DNA of 64,000 nt. It comes from Deltaproteobacteria bacterium (GTDB lineage Bacteria > CG2-30-53-67). Under the pieces are notes generated by a model. It had not been told where the DNA came from and did no database searches. It saw only the letters and a list, made by a program, of their open reading frames with translations. The DNA is taken from assembly GCA_013151235.1 (NCBI GenBank), contig JAADIO010000033.1, positions 1 to 64,000 of the forward strand, written 5' to 3'. The translations under genes and the position numbers were made by a program. Positions 28,112-39,567 of the stretch are shown here, one piece after another (position 1 is the stretch's first letter; the number at the start of each line of letters is the position of its first letter).

Positions 28112-30051
28112 TAGTTGATCTGTTCGAGAGACCCTTTATGTACCTGAATCAGGAAGAGTTCTTTCTCCATTTCTCCATTGGGTAAGACTCGTGTCAGGCC
28201 GGAAATGCCGGGGTAATTCCGGAAGGACTCCAGGCCCTGACGGATGTCATCACGGGTACGCCCGCCCCGAAACAGTGCCTGTAGAATCATTTCCGCTGCA
28301 TCATAGGCCTGGGCGGTAAAAAGAGTCGGTTCCTCTCCATAGGCATGGCGGTATGCCTGCACAAATTCCGCAATATCCGTATGGTTGCTTCCTGCAAAGA
28401 AACCGTCGGTAAATACCGCTCCTTCGACAAAACGTTCTCCCCGGTGGATCAGTTCCGGTGAATCCCAGTTATGACTTCCTAATAATTGGACATGCTCGAT
28501 ATTATAAAAGGCAAGCTGCGGTGCGATCAACCCCACATCATCCGCATACCCCGGCATATAAAGAGCATCAAAACTCGGGTAATAATTTTTATGCCACTCT
28601 TCCATGGGGTATTCCGTCAGGTCGATCATGTCGGAATACCGGGAGAGGATCCCCGCAATGTCGGCATCGACGATCTTCCGGATCTCCGGTCCGAAGTCGA
28701 CAGCACCTCTCGGGTAGGAAATCCGGCAGAAGACTTCTCCCCCCAGATTGTTCACTTCCTCTTCAAACAGCTTCGCAAGTTCCCTGCCGTAATTGTCGTC
28801 CGGATAAAGAACTGCGAAAGAATGGAGATCCCGCTGTGCCACGGCAAAGCGGGCGATTGTCCGGGCCTGTGCTTCATTGGTCATGGCGTTTCGGAAGACC
28901 TCTTTTCCCAGATCCCCAATCCCTTCCGCCGTGGCCGTCGGGGTAATCATCGGCAGGCCGTTCTTGTCCGCTACCGTCGAGGCCTCGACCACGGACCGGC
29001 TCGTCACCGGCCCGATTACGGAAACGACATTCGGATCCTTTGCGAGTGAAGTCATCTCGGAAGCCGCCCGCCGGGGATCACCTTTTGAATCCCGGACGGC
29101 CAGCGAAACCTTTTCCTCCCCAAAAAGGGTATTGAAATTGTCCAGGGAAAGCCGAACCCCCTGCAGCACCTGACGGCCGACCCCTTTCAATGGCCCGGAT
29201 TGCGGGACAATGCAGCCAATGCGCAGGTTCCGGATCGATTCAAGATTTCCTTCCTGCACCACAAAACGATCCGCTTCATCCCGCAAGGGGTGCCCCGGAA
29301 AACGTTCGATAAAATTCTTGAAGATCCTTGATGCCCGGAAGTAATTCCCTTTTTTCCAAGCCCGCTTTCCCATGACATACAACGCAACACCACCCGGGAA
29401 TTCTCCGGGTGCTTCCCGGCGCATCTGCCGGAGCTGGTCATCCGTCAGCGATCGGCCCATGGCATCCGCCATCTCGTCATAAATCGTCCGTCCTGTCGGA
29501 CCTGTCCCGACCAGAAAGACTGCCTTCTTAAACTGCGACAGGGCCAGCTCCGGATCATCCCGATGCAGAAAGATCTCCCCCCGCAGCAGATATCCCCGTG
29601 CCGACAGTTCCCGGTCCTTTGCCGTACGGAGGAGGGAGCGTAATAATGCCAACGCTTCCTCATCCCGATTCGACTCCACGGCGATTTTTGCCGTCAGGAG
29701 TTTGGCCTGCCCCGCCTCGGAGGCCCCGGGGGTGGACTCCATCAGGGCCTGAAGAATACGACGAGCCTTGTCCGGTTCGTGGAGAAAATAATAGGAACGT
29801 CCGAAATTTAATGCCGCACCGGCTGGAAGTGCTTGTCCCGGATGCCGGGTAAGATAGGATTGATAAAGATGGACGACCTTCCGGTAGTGCCCCTGCTGAA
29901 AGGACGCATCCGCCCGGGCCAGTCCCTCTTCCCGGACACGATGCGTCTGCACCGGCATACATGCCGCCAGACAGAAGAACAGAAAGAAAAGGGTCCCTAC
30001 CCCTGTCCGCGTGAACTTCTCTTTTCCGGAAAGCTCGAGGGTCGTCGTCAC
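28111..30051 (-). CDS. Lipoprotein, LpoA-like penicillin-binding-protein activator (TPR + type I periplasmic-binding fold)
   Basis: Lipobox CLAAC, TPR-like N-half, IGCIVPQSG, VIGPVTS, LIAPQLAFY, AQAYDA. Confidence 0.8.
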   Translation of the reverse strand: MTTTLELSGKEKFTRTGVGTLFFLFFCLAACMPVQTHRVREEGLARADASFQQGHYRKVVHLYQSYLTRHPGQALPAGAALNFGRSYYFLHEPDKARRILQALMESTPGASEAGQAKLLTAKIAVESNRDEEALALLRSLLRTAKDRELSARGYLLRGEIFLHRDDPELALSQFKKAVFLVGTGPTGRTIYDEMADAMGRSLTDDQLRQMRREAPGEFPGGVALYVMGKRAWKKGNYFRASRIFKNFIERFPGHPLRDEADRFVVQEGNLESIRNLRIGCIVPQSGPLKGVGRQVLQGVRLSLDNFNTLFGEEKVSLAVRDSKGDPRRAASEMTSLAKDPNVVSVIGPVTSRSVVEASTVADKNGLPMITPTATAEGIGDLGKEVFRNAMTNEAQARTIARFAVAQRDLHSFAVLYPDDNYGRELAKLFEEEVNNLGGEVFCRISYPRGAVDFGPEIRKIVDADIAGILSRYSDMIDLTEYPMEEWHKNYYPSFDALYMPGYADDVGLIAPQLAFYNIEHVQLLGSHNWDSPELIHRGERFVEGAVFTDGFFAGSNHTDIAEFVQAYRHAYGEEPTLFTAQAYDAAEMILQALFRGGRTRDDIRQGLESFRNYPGISGLTRVLPNGEMEKELFLIQVHKGSLEQIN

Positions 30052-30085
30052 TTCTTCTCCCGATGACCGGTCATGACCTTAATCG

Positions 30086-30661
30086 TCACACCGTTTTGTG
30101 TTTCTTCTGTCTGCGGTAGCGCTTCCAGCCCGTTTTGAAAAGATCCCCGCCGTAAATATCATTGGCGACAATCGCAGGAAAATCTTCAAAGACAATCTGC
30201 CGGATTGCTTCCGGACCCAATTCCGGGTAGGCAATCACACGACTCTCTTTGATCTTTTCCGAAAGAAGAGCGGCCGCACCTCCGACGGCCGTGAAATAGA
30301 CAGCCCGGAACTCGACCATACTTTGTATCACTTCCCGGGAACGTTGACCTTTTCCGACCATTCCCTTCAATCCGAGTCGGAGGAGCTCCGGTGTGTAAGG
30401 ATCCATACGGCCGGCGGTTGTGGGACCGGCGGAACCGATGACCCGGCCGGGGGGTTCCGGTGCAGGTCCGACATAGTAGATCACCTGGCCGGCCGGGTCA
30501 AAGGGGAGTTCACCCCCCTCCCGGAGAGTTTTGAGTATACATTGATGGGCGGCATCCCGGGCGGTATAGGCGACGCCATTCAGAAGAACCAGGTCCCCGA
30601 TGTTCAGCTTGGCAATTTCTTCATCCTTGAGCGGCGTACTCAAGCGAATCGGTCCGGACAT
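30086..30661 (-). CDS. Class I fumarate hydratase beta subunit
   Basis: YTARDAAH, IYYVGP, GSAGPTTAGRMD, GKG. Confidence 0.93.
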   Translation of the reverse strand: MSGPIRLSTPLKDEEIAKLNIGDLVLLNGVAYTARDAAHQCILKTLREGGELPFDPAGQVIYYVGPAPEPPGRVIGSAGPTTAGRMDPYTPELLRLGLKGMVGKGQRSREVIQSMVEFRAVYFTAVGGAAALLSEKIKESRVIAYPELGPEAIRQIVFEDFPAIVANDIYGGDLFKTGWKRYRRQKKHKTV

Positions 30662-30674
30662 GGCAATAGCCTCC

Positions 30675-33678
<3,004 letters not shown>

Positions 33679-33695
33679 CAGACAAACACTCCTTT

Positions 33696-35495
33696 CTATT
33701 CGCTCTTGATTAAATCTTCAAATCGAATGTCAACTCCCAGTATGCCGACAATCTCCTCCTTCCGAAAGATCGGAGTAGAAACGGTAATCGCGAGAACATT
33801 GGTGGTCCTCGATGTATAGAGATCGGTCACATGGGTTGACCCGTCCTTCATCGGGCCGATATACCAGGGGCGCTCGGAAAAATCCTCCTTGACGGAGAAG
33901 ATCTTGTACTTGGCTTTGTCACCGACCTGTGTGATGTTTTTTGTAACCTTGATTCCTTCCGTATCCGTCACATAACAGAACTGGATAAAAGGATTGTCGT
34001 GAACAAGCTTCTGAAGGACTTTTTCGACCTTCAGATGGTTCATGGTTCTCATGGCCGGAGATGCGGCGGCCTCCTCCACGATCTCTTGGGCGATATCCAG
34101 GGCTCTGGCCTTCAACTTGTCCAGATCGGAGATAAAATATTCGGGCAGATGTTTCCGGGCTTGGCGAAGGATCTCTTCATTCGACATGGCGGTGATCCGT
34201 CCTGCGGCATACTGTTCGGCGACCCATTTCTGGATACGGACCAATCCCGGATGGGTCTTCGGAATTTTCCGGCCGCCCGTCTGGCGCACATGGGTATTGA
34301 CCCAGTAACTGAGCCCCGCCACACCGGATTTGTCGGTAATGGTTACCCCGAGAGGACGGTTGAGAATCGATTTCGTATCAAAGATGTTATAGATCTCCTC
34401 GTTTTTTAACACGCCGTCGGCATGGATTCCGGCCTTGGTGGTATTGAACTCCTCGCCGACAAAGGGGTAGTTCGGCGGGATCGGATAGTTCAGCTCGTCC
34501 TGAAAATAGTCGGCAATCTCCGTAATTACTGTCGCATCGATCCCATCCCGCTCCCCTTTGAGGCCCATGTATTCAATAATCAAACCTTCGATCGGGGGAT
34601 TGCCGGTCCGCTCCCCGAAACCGAGCAGGGTACCGTTTGCAGCGGCACAGCCGTAGAGCCAGGCCGTCGAAGCGTTGGCAAGAACCTTATGAAAATCGTT
34701 ATGCCCATGCCACTCCAGCAGACGGGAAGGAACACCGCCGTAATGGATCAGTCCGTAGATCATCTCCCCTACCCCCCGGGGCAGGGCCGCCCCCGGATAA
34801 GGAACGCCGTATCCCATGGTGTCGCAGGCCCGGACCTTGATCGGAATCCCGCTCTCCTCGGAGAGACGCATCAGTTCATTCACGAAGGGGATGACAAATC
34901 CGTAAAAATCGGCACGGGTAACATCTTCCAGATGACAGCGGGGAATGATCCCGGCATCAAGCGAGGCCCGGACCACATCCAGATAGCCATCCAGGGCTTG
35001 TTTTCGAGATTTTTTTAACTTCAGAAAGATATGGTAGTCGGAACAGGAAGTGAGGATCCCCGTCTCCTTGAGGCCCATTTCCTTTACCAGTTGAAAGTCT
35101 TCTTTCTTCGCTCGAATCCAACCGGTTACCTCCGGAAACTCATAGCCCCGGTCCAGGCACATCCGAACGGCCTCTTTGTCCTTGTCGCTGTAAAGGAAAA
35201 ATTCGGATTGACGGATAATCCCTTTGGGCCCCCCGAGTTTGTGGAGCATATCAAAGATCCGGACGATCTGTTCCGAAGTGTAGGGAGGTCTTGCCTGCTG
35301 GCCATCCCGAAACGTCGTATCGGTAATCCAGAAATCCTCCGGCAGAGAAAGAGGGACCAGACGATTTGAAAAAGAGATCTTTGGAACCTCGCTGTAAGGA
35401 AACTGATCCCGTAACAGATTTGGCTGGTTGATATCCTTCAGCTCATAATTGTAATCCCGGGCCACCGCCCGATCATTGTTAATAGACTTTTTCAT
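33696..35495 (-). CDS. Re-citrate synthase-like DRE-TIM metallolyase with C-terminal Cache/PDC-like domain
   Basis: [33 protein letters not shown]; first gene of the icd-mdh-fum operon. Confidence 0.85.
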   Translation of the reverse strand: MKKSINNDRAVARDYNYELKDINQPNLLRDQFPYSEVPKISFSNRLVPLSLPEDFWITDTTFRDGQQARPPYTSEQIVRIFDMLHKLGGPKGIIRQSEFFLYSDKDKEAVRMCLDRGYEFPEVTGWIRAKKEDFQLVKEMGLKETGILTSCSDYHIFLKLKKSRKQALDGYLDVVRASLDAGIIPRCHLEDVTRADFYGFVIPFVNELMRLSEESGIPIKVRACDTMGYGVPYPGAALPRGVGEMIYGLIHYGGVPSRLLEWHGHNDFHKVLANASTAWLYGCAAANGTLLGFGERTGNPPIEGLIIEYMGLKGERDGIDATVITEIADYFQDELNYPIPPNYPFVGEEFNTTKAGIHADGVLKNEEIYNIFDTKSILNRPLGVTITDKSGVAGLSYWVNTHVRQTGGRKIPKTHPGLVRIQKWVAEQYAAGRITAMSNEEILRQARKHLPEYFISDLDKLKARALDIAQEIVEEAAASPAMRTMNHLKVEKVLQKLVHDNPFIQFCYVTDTEGIKVTKNITQVGDKAKYKIFSVKEDFSERPWYIGPMKDGSTHVTDLYTSRTTNVLAITVSTPIFRKEEIVGILGVDIRFEDLIKSE

Positions 35496-35838
35496 ACATG
35501 CTCTCCCATTTCATTACTGTCAGCTACTCCGTTGAGCCCCTGTCTTCCCCAAGGCACTTCTTCGACCTCTCATGGATGATACCCTGTGCAGAATCGGACA
35601 AGAAAGAGTGTTGAAGATGACGTCGGCAAGACGCTTCGGGCAACAGGAATTTGTTCGTTTCGAAACTTTTATACTAATCAATCGGTTATAAATTGTCAAA
35701 TGAAATCGAAGAGTGCAAATTACGCAGAAATCTCCTTTCGCCGGACAACACCGGAATCGGAGACCGAGGTCTTGCAGATTCGTCAGCGGGAGCTACAATG
35801 ACTGCTGAGCAGGTTATCATGTAAAGATGGCTACGCCT

Positions 35839-35970
35839 TCAGGCCGGTTCTGCTTTTCTCAAATACCTCTTGGGGTAAACAAACCGGATACTTGTGTCCT
35901 GAGCACTAGGACTGGTCGCCCATACCGAAGTGCCTGCTGGGGCACAAAAGATAATCAGCAACTTCTTCAC
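35839..35970 (-). pseudogene. Short signal-peptide-like stub, possibly a truncated secreted-protein gene
   Basis: GAGGAG SD then GTG-KKLLIIFCAPAGTSVWATSPSAQD...; 43 aa, directly downstream of the NosL-barrel gene. Confidence 0.3.
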
Positions 35971-35998
35971 CTTTTCTGCTCCTCGTTTTAGGCTGTCA

Positions 35999-37310
35999 TC
36001 AAAACAACGGCAAACGACGTTTATAACTGACCATGCCTTTCCATGACCAGCCTCCACCCATGCCATATTTATTCAGATCCTCATAAATAGGCGTCGCCAC
36101 GGAAAGCATCAGGTTGAAATTGCCGCCAAAAACGGTAAGAAAGCGCCAGCGTAACAGTCCGGCTACCGTGTTGCGAAAGCCACCGCTCTTGGCAATCACC
36201 TCGCTTTGATACTCGCTCTTTGCCGTCCAAATGCCGTCAATCTCAGCGCCGACCAGGAGGTTGTGGAACGGCGTATAATGAAGCGCTGCACCAACGATGG
36301 CGACGTTACCGAATGCATAGTCGTCTGAGTTCTCTGGTCTCACTGTATAGCCTGCCTGCGTATGGAGCCAGAAATCGGCAAAGCGTATGGACCCCAATAA
36401 GCCGCCGCTGATGGTGACGGTACCGGTACCGAGCTGCAGATTTGGGGTTGCAAGAAATGCTGTGTCAAAACCTCCGGCAGGCAGAGTAATCGCGCCATAA
36501 AAGGTGAAAAAACGACTGAAGATCTTATCCCGCCACAGGTTATGGCGCACGAGGATCTCCAGGTCGCTGATACCGCTGTGCGTAGTGCTGGTCATCCTCT
36601 TTCCCCCCATGACATACATATCCATGGTCTTATCCAGGTAGGACGCCTTCACCCGAACGGAAGTACGATGGGTCAGACCGTAGCTAAACATCAGCATGGT
36701 ACCATTAGTCGTCATCGCCTTGGGTCCCATCATTCTGCCCTTGATGAATTCTTCCGGAGTCTGAACCTTCGAACCGACAATCACCTCATCCATATCCATA
36801 TGCATGGAAACGGCGCCGATGGAAAATGCCCCGGCCGGTGGTGTTGTGGCGGTAAGGATGCGGACCGGCATGGCCATACCCATGGGAGAGACCGAAGATA
36901 GCACTTGATCAAAGGAAAGGACAGCACCGCCGTACCCGGCGGCAAAGGTTTTGGCCGCACCATCACCGCGAAATGCGATAATATTGGGGATCATGTCCGG
37001 GATCACCTTGCTGCCGATCACATAACGGGCTTCCCAAGCAGCAACCTCCTGGCCGGTATTAAAGTCATGGACCATTAATGCGGGAAAAGGCATTCGGGCC
37101 ACCCTTCGCATCGATCAGCCGGACGAGATCAGCCACACCGCAGGTGTGCTCGGTTTCGGTCTTGCTGACAGCCGTGGCCACAGTCCGGTGATAAACATCC
37201 AGGTACATACCGCAGATCCGGCAGCAGGAATGCGGATCGGCTGCCTGCGTGCCTGCGGCCATACAGACAACAGTAATCCCTGCAACAAACACAATGATCC
37301 TGAACTTCAT
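35999..37310 (-). pseudogene. NosL-like domain fused to an outer-membrane beta-barrel ('transporter'/MetA-pathway-like), split by a +1 frameshift near 37075-37090
   Basis: Signal peptide + CRICGM...HTCG in one frame continues as VHDF...YVIGS..PDMIPNIIAF..AAKTF..YGG in the next; barrel motifs SGISDL, LQLGTG; C-terminal F. Confidence 0.75.
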
Positions 37311-37392
37311 ACATGTTCCCTCCTCCCGGTTATAGTCAGCCTGTTTTACCTCGAAGTGTTGAAAAACTGAAACAAGGACTGTAACCAATGCA

Positions 37393-37764
37393 TCAGGTGT
37401 TACAGGAGGACAAGAACTTGGAGATAACACTCCTGACTTCGTTAATCATAAAGGGTTTGTTAATAAAGGTTGAGACGCCGGCCGCCTCTGCCTTGTTCTT
37501 CTCGATAGCCGAGCTGTAAGCCGTCATCATGATAATCTTGGCGCCCGGCTGCAACTCTCGAGCCATTTTTACAACCTCGATCCCATTCATGTCCGGCATA
37601 ACCAAGTCGGTGATGATTAGAACAAACCGTTCCTCCTTAATCTTTTCGATGGCTTCCAGCCCGCTTGCAACGCAAACGACCTTGCATTTCTCTCTTCCAA
37701 TCAATTTTTGGATTGACCAGCGTACCAACTTCTCATCGTCAACCACTAATATTTTCCTGCCCAT
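37393..37764 (-). CDS. Single-domain response regulator (REC only)
   Basis: ILVVDDE, ITDLVMPDMNG, MMTAY, INKPF. Confidence 0.92.
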   Translation of the reverse strand: MGRKILVVDDEKLVRWSIQKLIGREKCKVVCVASGLEAIEKIKEERFVLIITDLVMPDMNGIEVVKMARELQPGAKIIMMTAYSSAIEKNKAEAAGVSTFINKPFMINEVRSVISKFLSSCNT

Positions 37765-37840
37765 GTTATTTGTCCTCATACACAATCGTGAATCGAAAGG
37801 AGCGAACTTATGCTCGGATCACATCTATGGAAGTTGTTGA

Positions 37841-37856
37841 TGCAATATTGATACCT
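37841..37856 (-). promoter_or_regulatory. Putative sigma54 -24/-12 promoter of the REC/NosL-barrel genes
   Basis: Minus strand AGGTATCAATATTGCA = GG-N10-GC with TTGCA. Confidence 0.5.
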
Positions 37857-38009
37857 CTTACATGATCTGCGTGATGCGAACCGATCTCTATCTAACGGGA
37901 AGGACCTGAGTTGTCAATCAACAAACAGGAAACTGATTTCGCCTATCCGAGGGTGGGAATATAGGAATAATACGATGCCCCCTTCCGTCATTGTCCGAAA
38001 GGGGAAACA

Positions 38010-38038
38010 GGTGCCGGACAGTTTTTTTGTCCGGCACC
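38010..38038 (-). terminator. Hairpin terminator after the DUF3034 gene
   Basis: GGTGCCGGACA-N7-TGTCCGGCACC 11-bp stem followed by TGTTT on the minus strand. Confidence 0.65.
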
Positions 38039-38049
38039 CCGGACGATGA

Positions 38050-38928
38050 TTAGAAGTCATACTTCATGTTCATATAGAAGCCCGTATTCACATTTCGGTT
38101 CACAACATTACCGAAATTAACCACTGCCCCCGTAATTGAAAGCCCTTTGGTCGGAAAATAGGCAATAAAAAAATCGGTCCAGTTGTCTTCCCGGAAGGAC
38201 CCGATCCCGGGGACGCTCTTGTACTCGTTCGGTTTGCCCCGAAACTCAAAACCGACGGCCACGTTTGCTTCCGGAAACACTGCAAGTGAAGCTTCCGGTT
38301 CAATGTTTCCGTCCTTACTGAACCCGAGATAACCGGTCTGAACCGCCTTTGTGTAACGGCTCCCCACGTTAATAAGAACCGGCATCTTCCACCCTTTGTA
38401 GAGCTTGGTCACTGAAAGGCAGTAATCTACCCCGGAAGCGTGATCCAGACCGGCGGCCGTAAAGGCGCCTCCTCCATTTTTGTCTGCATGATCCACGTCC
38501 TGATTCTTTTTATATTCTACGGACACTGAAACAGCCGGAAGATTTTCGGTCTCTTTGAGCAGAAGGAGTTTGGCGTGATAGGTATCCATGGTTAACTCAT
38601 CAATGCCGATATTTAAACCGTTTCCCCCAAGGAGGTTGGTCGTGTCAAAGATCGTCCGGGCAAAACCTAACTCCAAACGGTCGGTGATGGTCTCATTGAA
38701 ATGATAAACATTCACGTTAAAATTTTGTGGAAAAATATATGTGGCACCCACCGTCGGTCGGCCGAAGGTCTTACCTTCTACCGGAGGGTTAGTCAGGTAG
38801 GCCCAGGGGATCAGACCTCCGCCTCCTTCTCCTTCAATATTGACAACCGGCGGACCGGCAATCGCACTTGCAGACAACAAAAAAACAAAGAGTAGAACCA
38901 GAGAAAGCAAATGAATCACTCTTTTCAT
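38050..38928 (-). CDS. DUF3034-family outer-membrane beta-barrel
   Basis: Signal peptide; NIEGEGGGGLIPWAY, TKAVQTGYLGF, EFRGKPN..EDNWTDFFIAYFP; C-terminal YDF; AAGGAGG SD. Confidence 0.82.
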   Translation of the reverse strand: MKRVIHLLSLVLLFVFLLSASAIAGPPVVNIEGEGGGGLIPWAYLTNPPVEGKTFGRPTVGATYIFPQNFNVNVYHFNETITDRLELGFARTIFDTTNLLGGNGLNIGIDELTMDTYHAKLLLLKETENLPAVSVSVEYKKNQDVDHADKNGGGAFTAAGLDHASGVDYCLSVTKLYKGWKMPVLINVGSRYTKAVQTGYLGFSKDGNIEPEASLAVFPEANVAVGFEFRGKPNEYKSVPGIGSFREDNWTDFFIAYFPTKGLSITGAVVNFGNVVNRNVNTGFYMNMKYDF

Positions 38929-39272
38929 GATGAATGCCCTCCTTTACGGATGATTATTGCATCTTTCGCTCTTTTTCACTCATGAGGTACTGCCTTCGGA
39001 ATTACATCAAACCGTCAAGAACCCTTGCAAGAGTTGACCCCCGCCTGCATGTTCCGTATGCCATCACCTCCTTTCCTGCAGGGCTAATCCCGGATTTGTG
39101 TAGACCGGTTGAATATATATAACATGCATGGAAAATCGCTGTTGCAGGAGAGGCTTCAAAAACGTTTTACTAACCCCGCTATCTCTGGACAATCCGTCGG
39201 AGAGTAATAAATGGAAAGTTATAGTTGTCAAACTCTGCCTTCTTCGATATTTTTCTTTTAATCTCTAATCTG

Positions 39273-39288
39273 TGCACATAATGTGCCA
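39273..39288 (-). promoter_or_regulatory. sigma54 -24/-12 promoter facing the DUF3034 gene
   Basis: Minus strand TGGCACATTATGTGCA (TGGCAC-N5-GTGCA). Confidence 0.72.
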
Positions 39289-39319
39289 AAGTGTTCAATC
39301 CACTAAAATAATTGGTTAC

Positions 39320-39480
39320 GTGATCCTGTTTGTACATATTGCGACAACCGGGAGGATTGCAGGTCGGCCTCGTCAAGGCCCGAGATTGGGGTATACCCCC
39401 TGTGGGTACGGTGCAGGAAGCACAACGAAGGTCGACCGCCTGAGACACTCAAATGTCACCGTATTCACAGATAGGGCTAC
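39320..39480 (+). repeat. MITE/REP-like element (copy A) with imperfect ~27-bp TIRs
   Basis: GTGATCCTGTTTGTACATATTGCGACA ... TGTCACCGTATTCACAGATAGGGCTAC; aligns along its length with the reverse complement of 49923-50071. Confidence 0.8.
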
Positions 39481-39514
39481 CTGATATACGAATATCCGGG
39501 ATGGAGAAAGACCG

Positions 39515-39567
39515 AAGTGTCTTAAATATCTCAAAAATGGAACACATTCTGGAACATTGAGACACTT
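39515..39567. promoter_or_regulatory. Candidate enhancer (UAS) for the sigma54 activator
   Basis: AAGTGTCT...AGACACTT inverted repeat with half-sites GTGTCTTA, ATATCTCA, TGGAACAC, TGAGACAC. Confidence 0.45.

Noticed and set aside
37065-37067. TGA read-through (selenocysteine) joining the NosL-like ORF halves
   Set aside because: The downstream part is in a different frame; read-through cannot join them
39045-39065. TGGCATACGGAACATGCA as a third sigma54 promoter
   Set aside because: GG-to-GC spacing is 12 rather than the required 10
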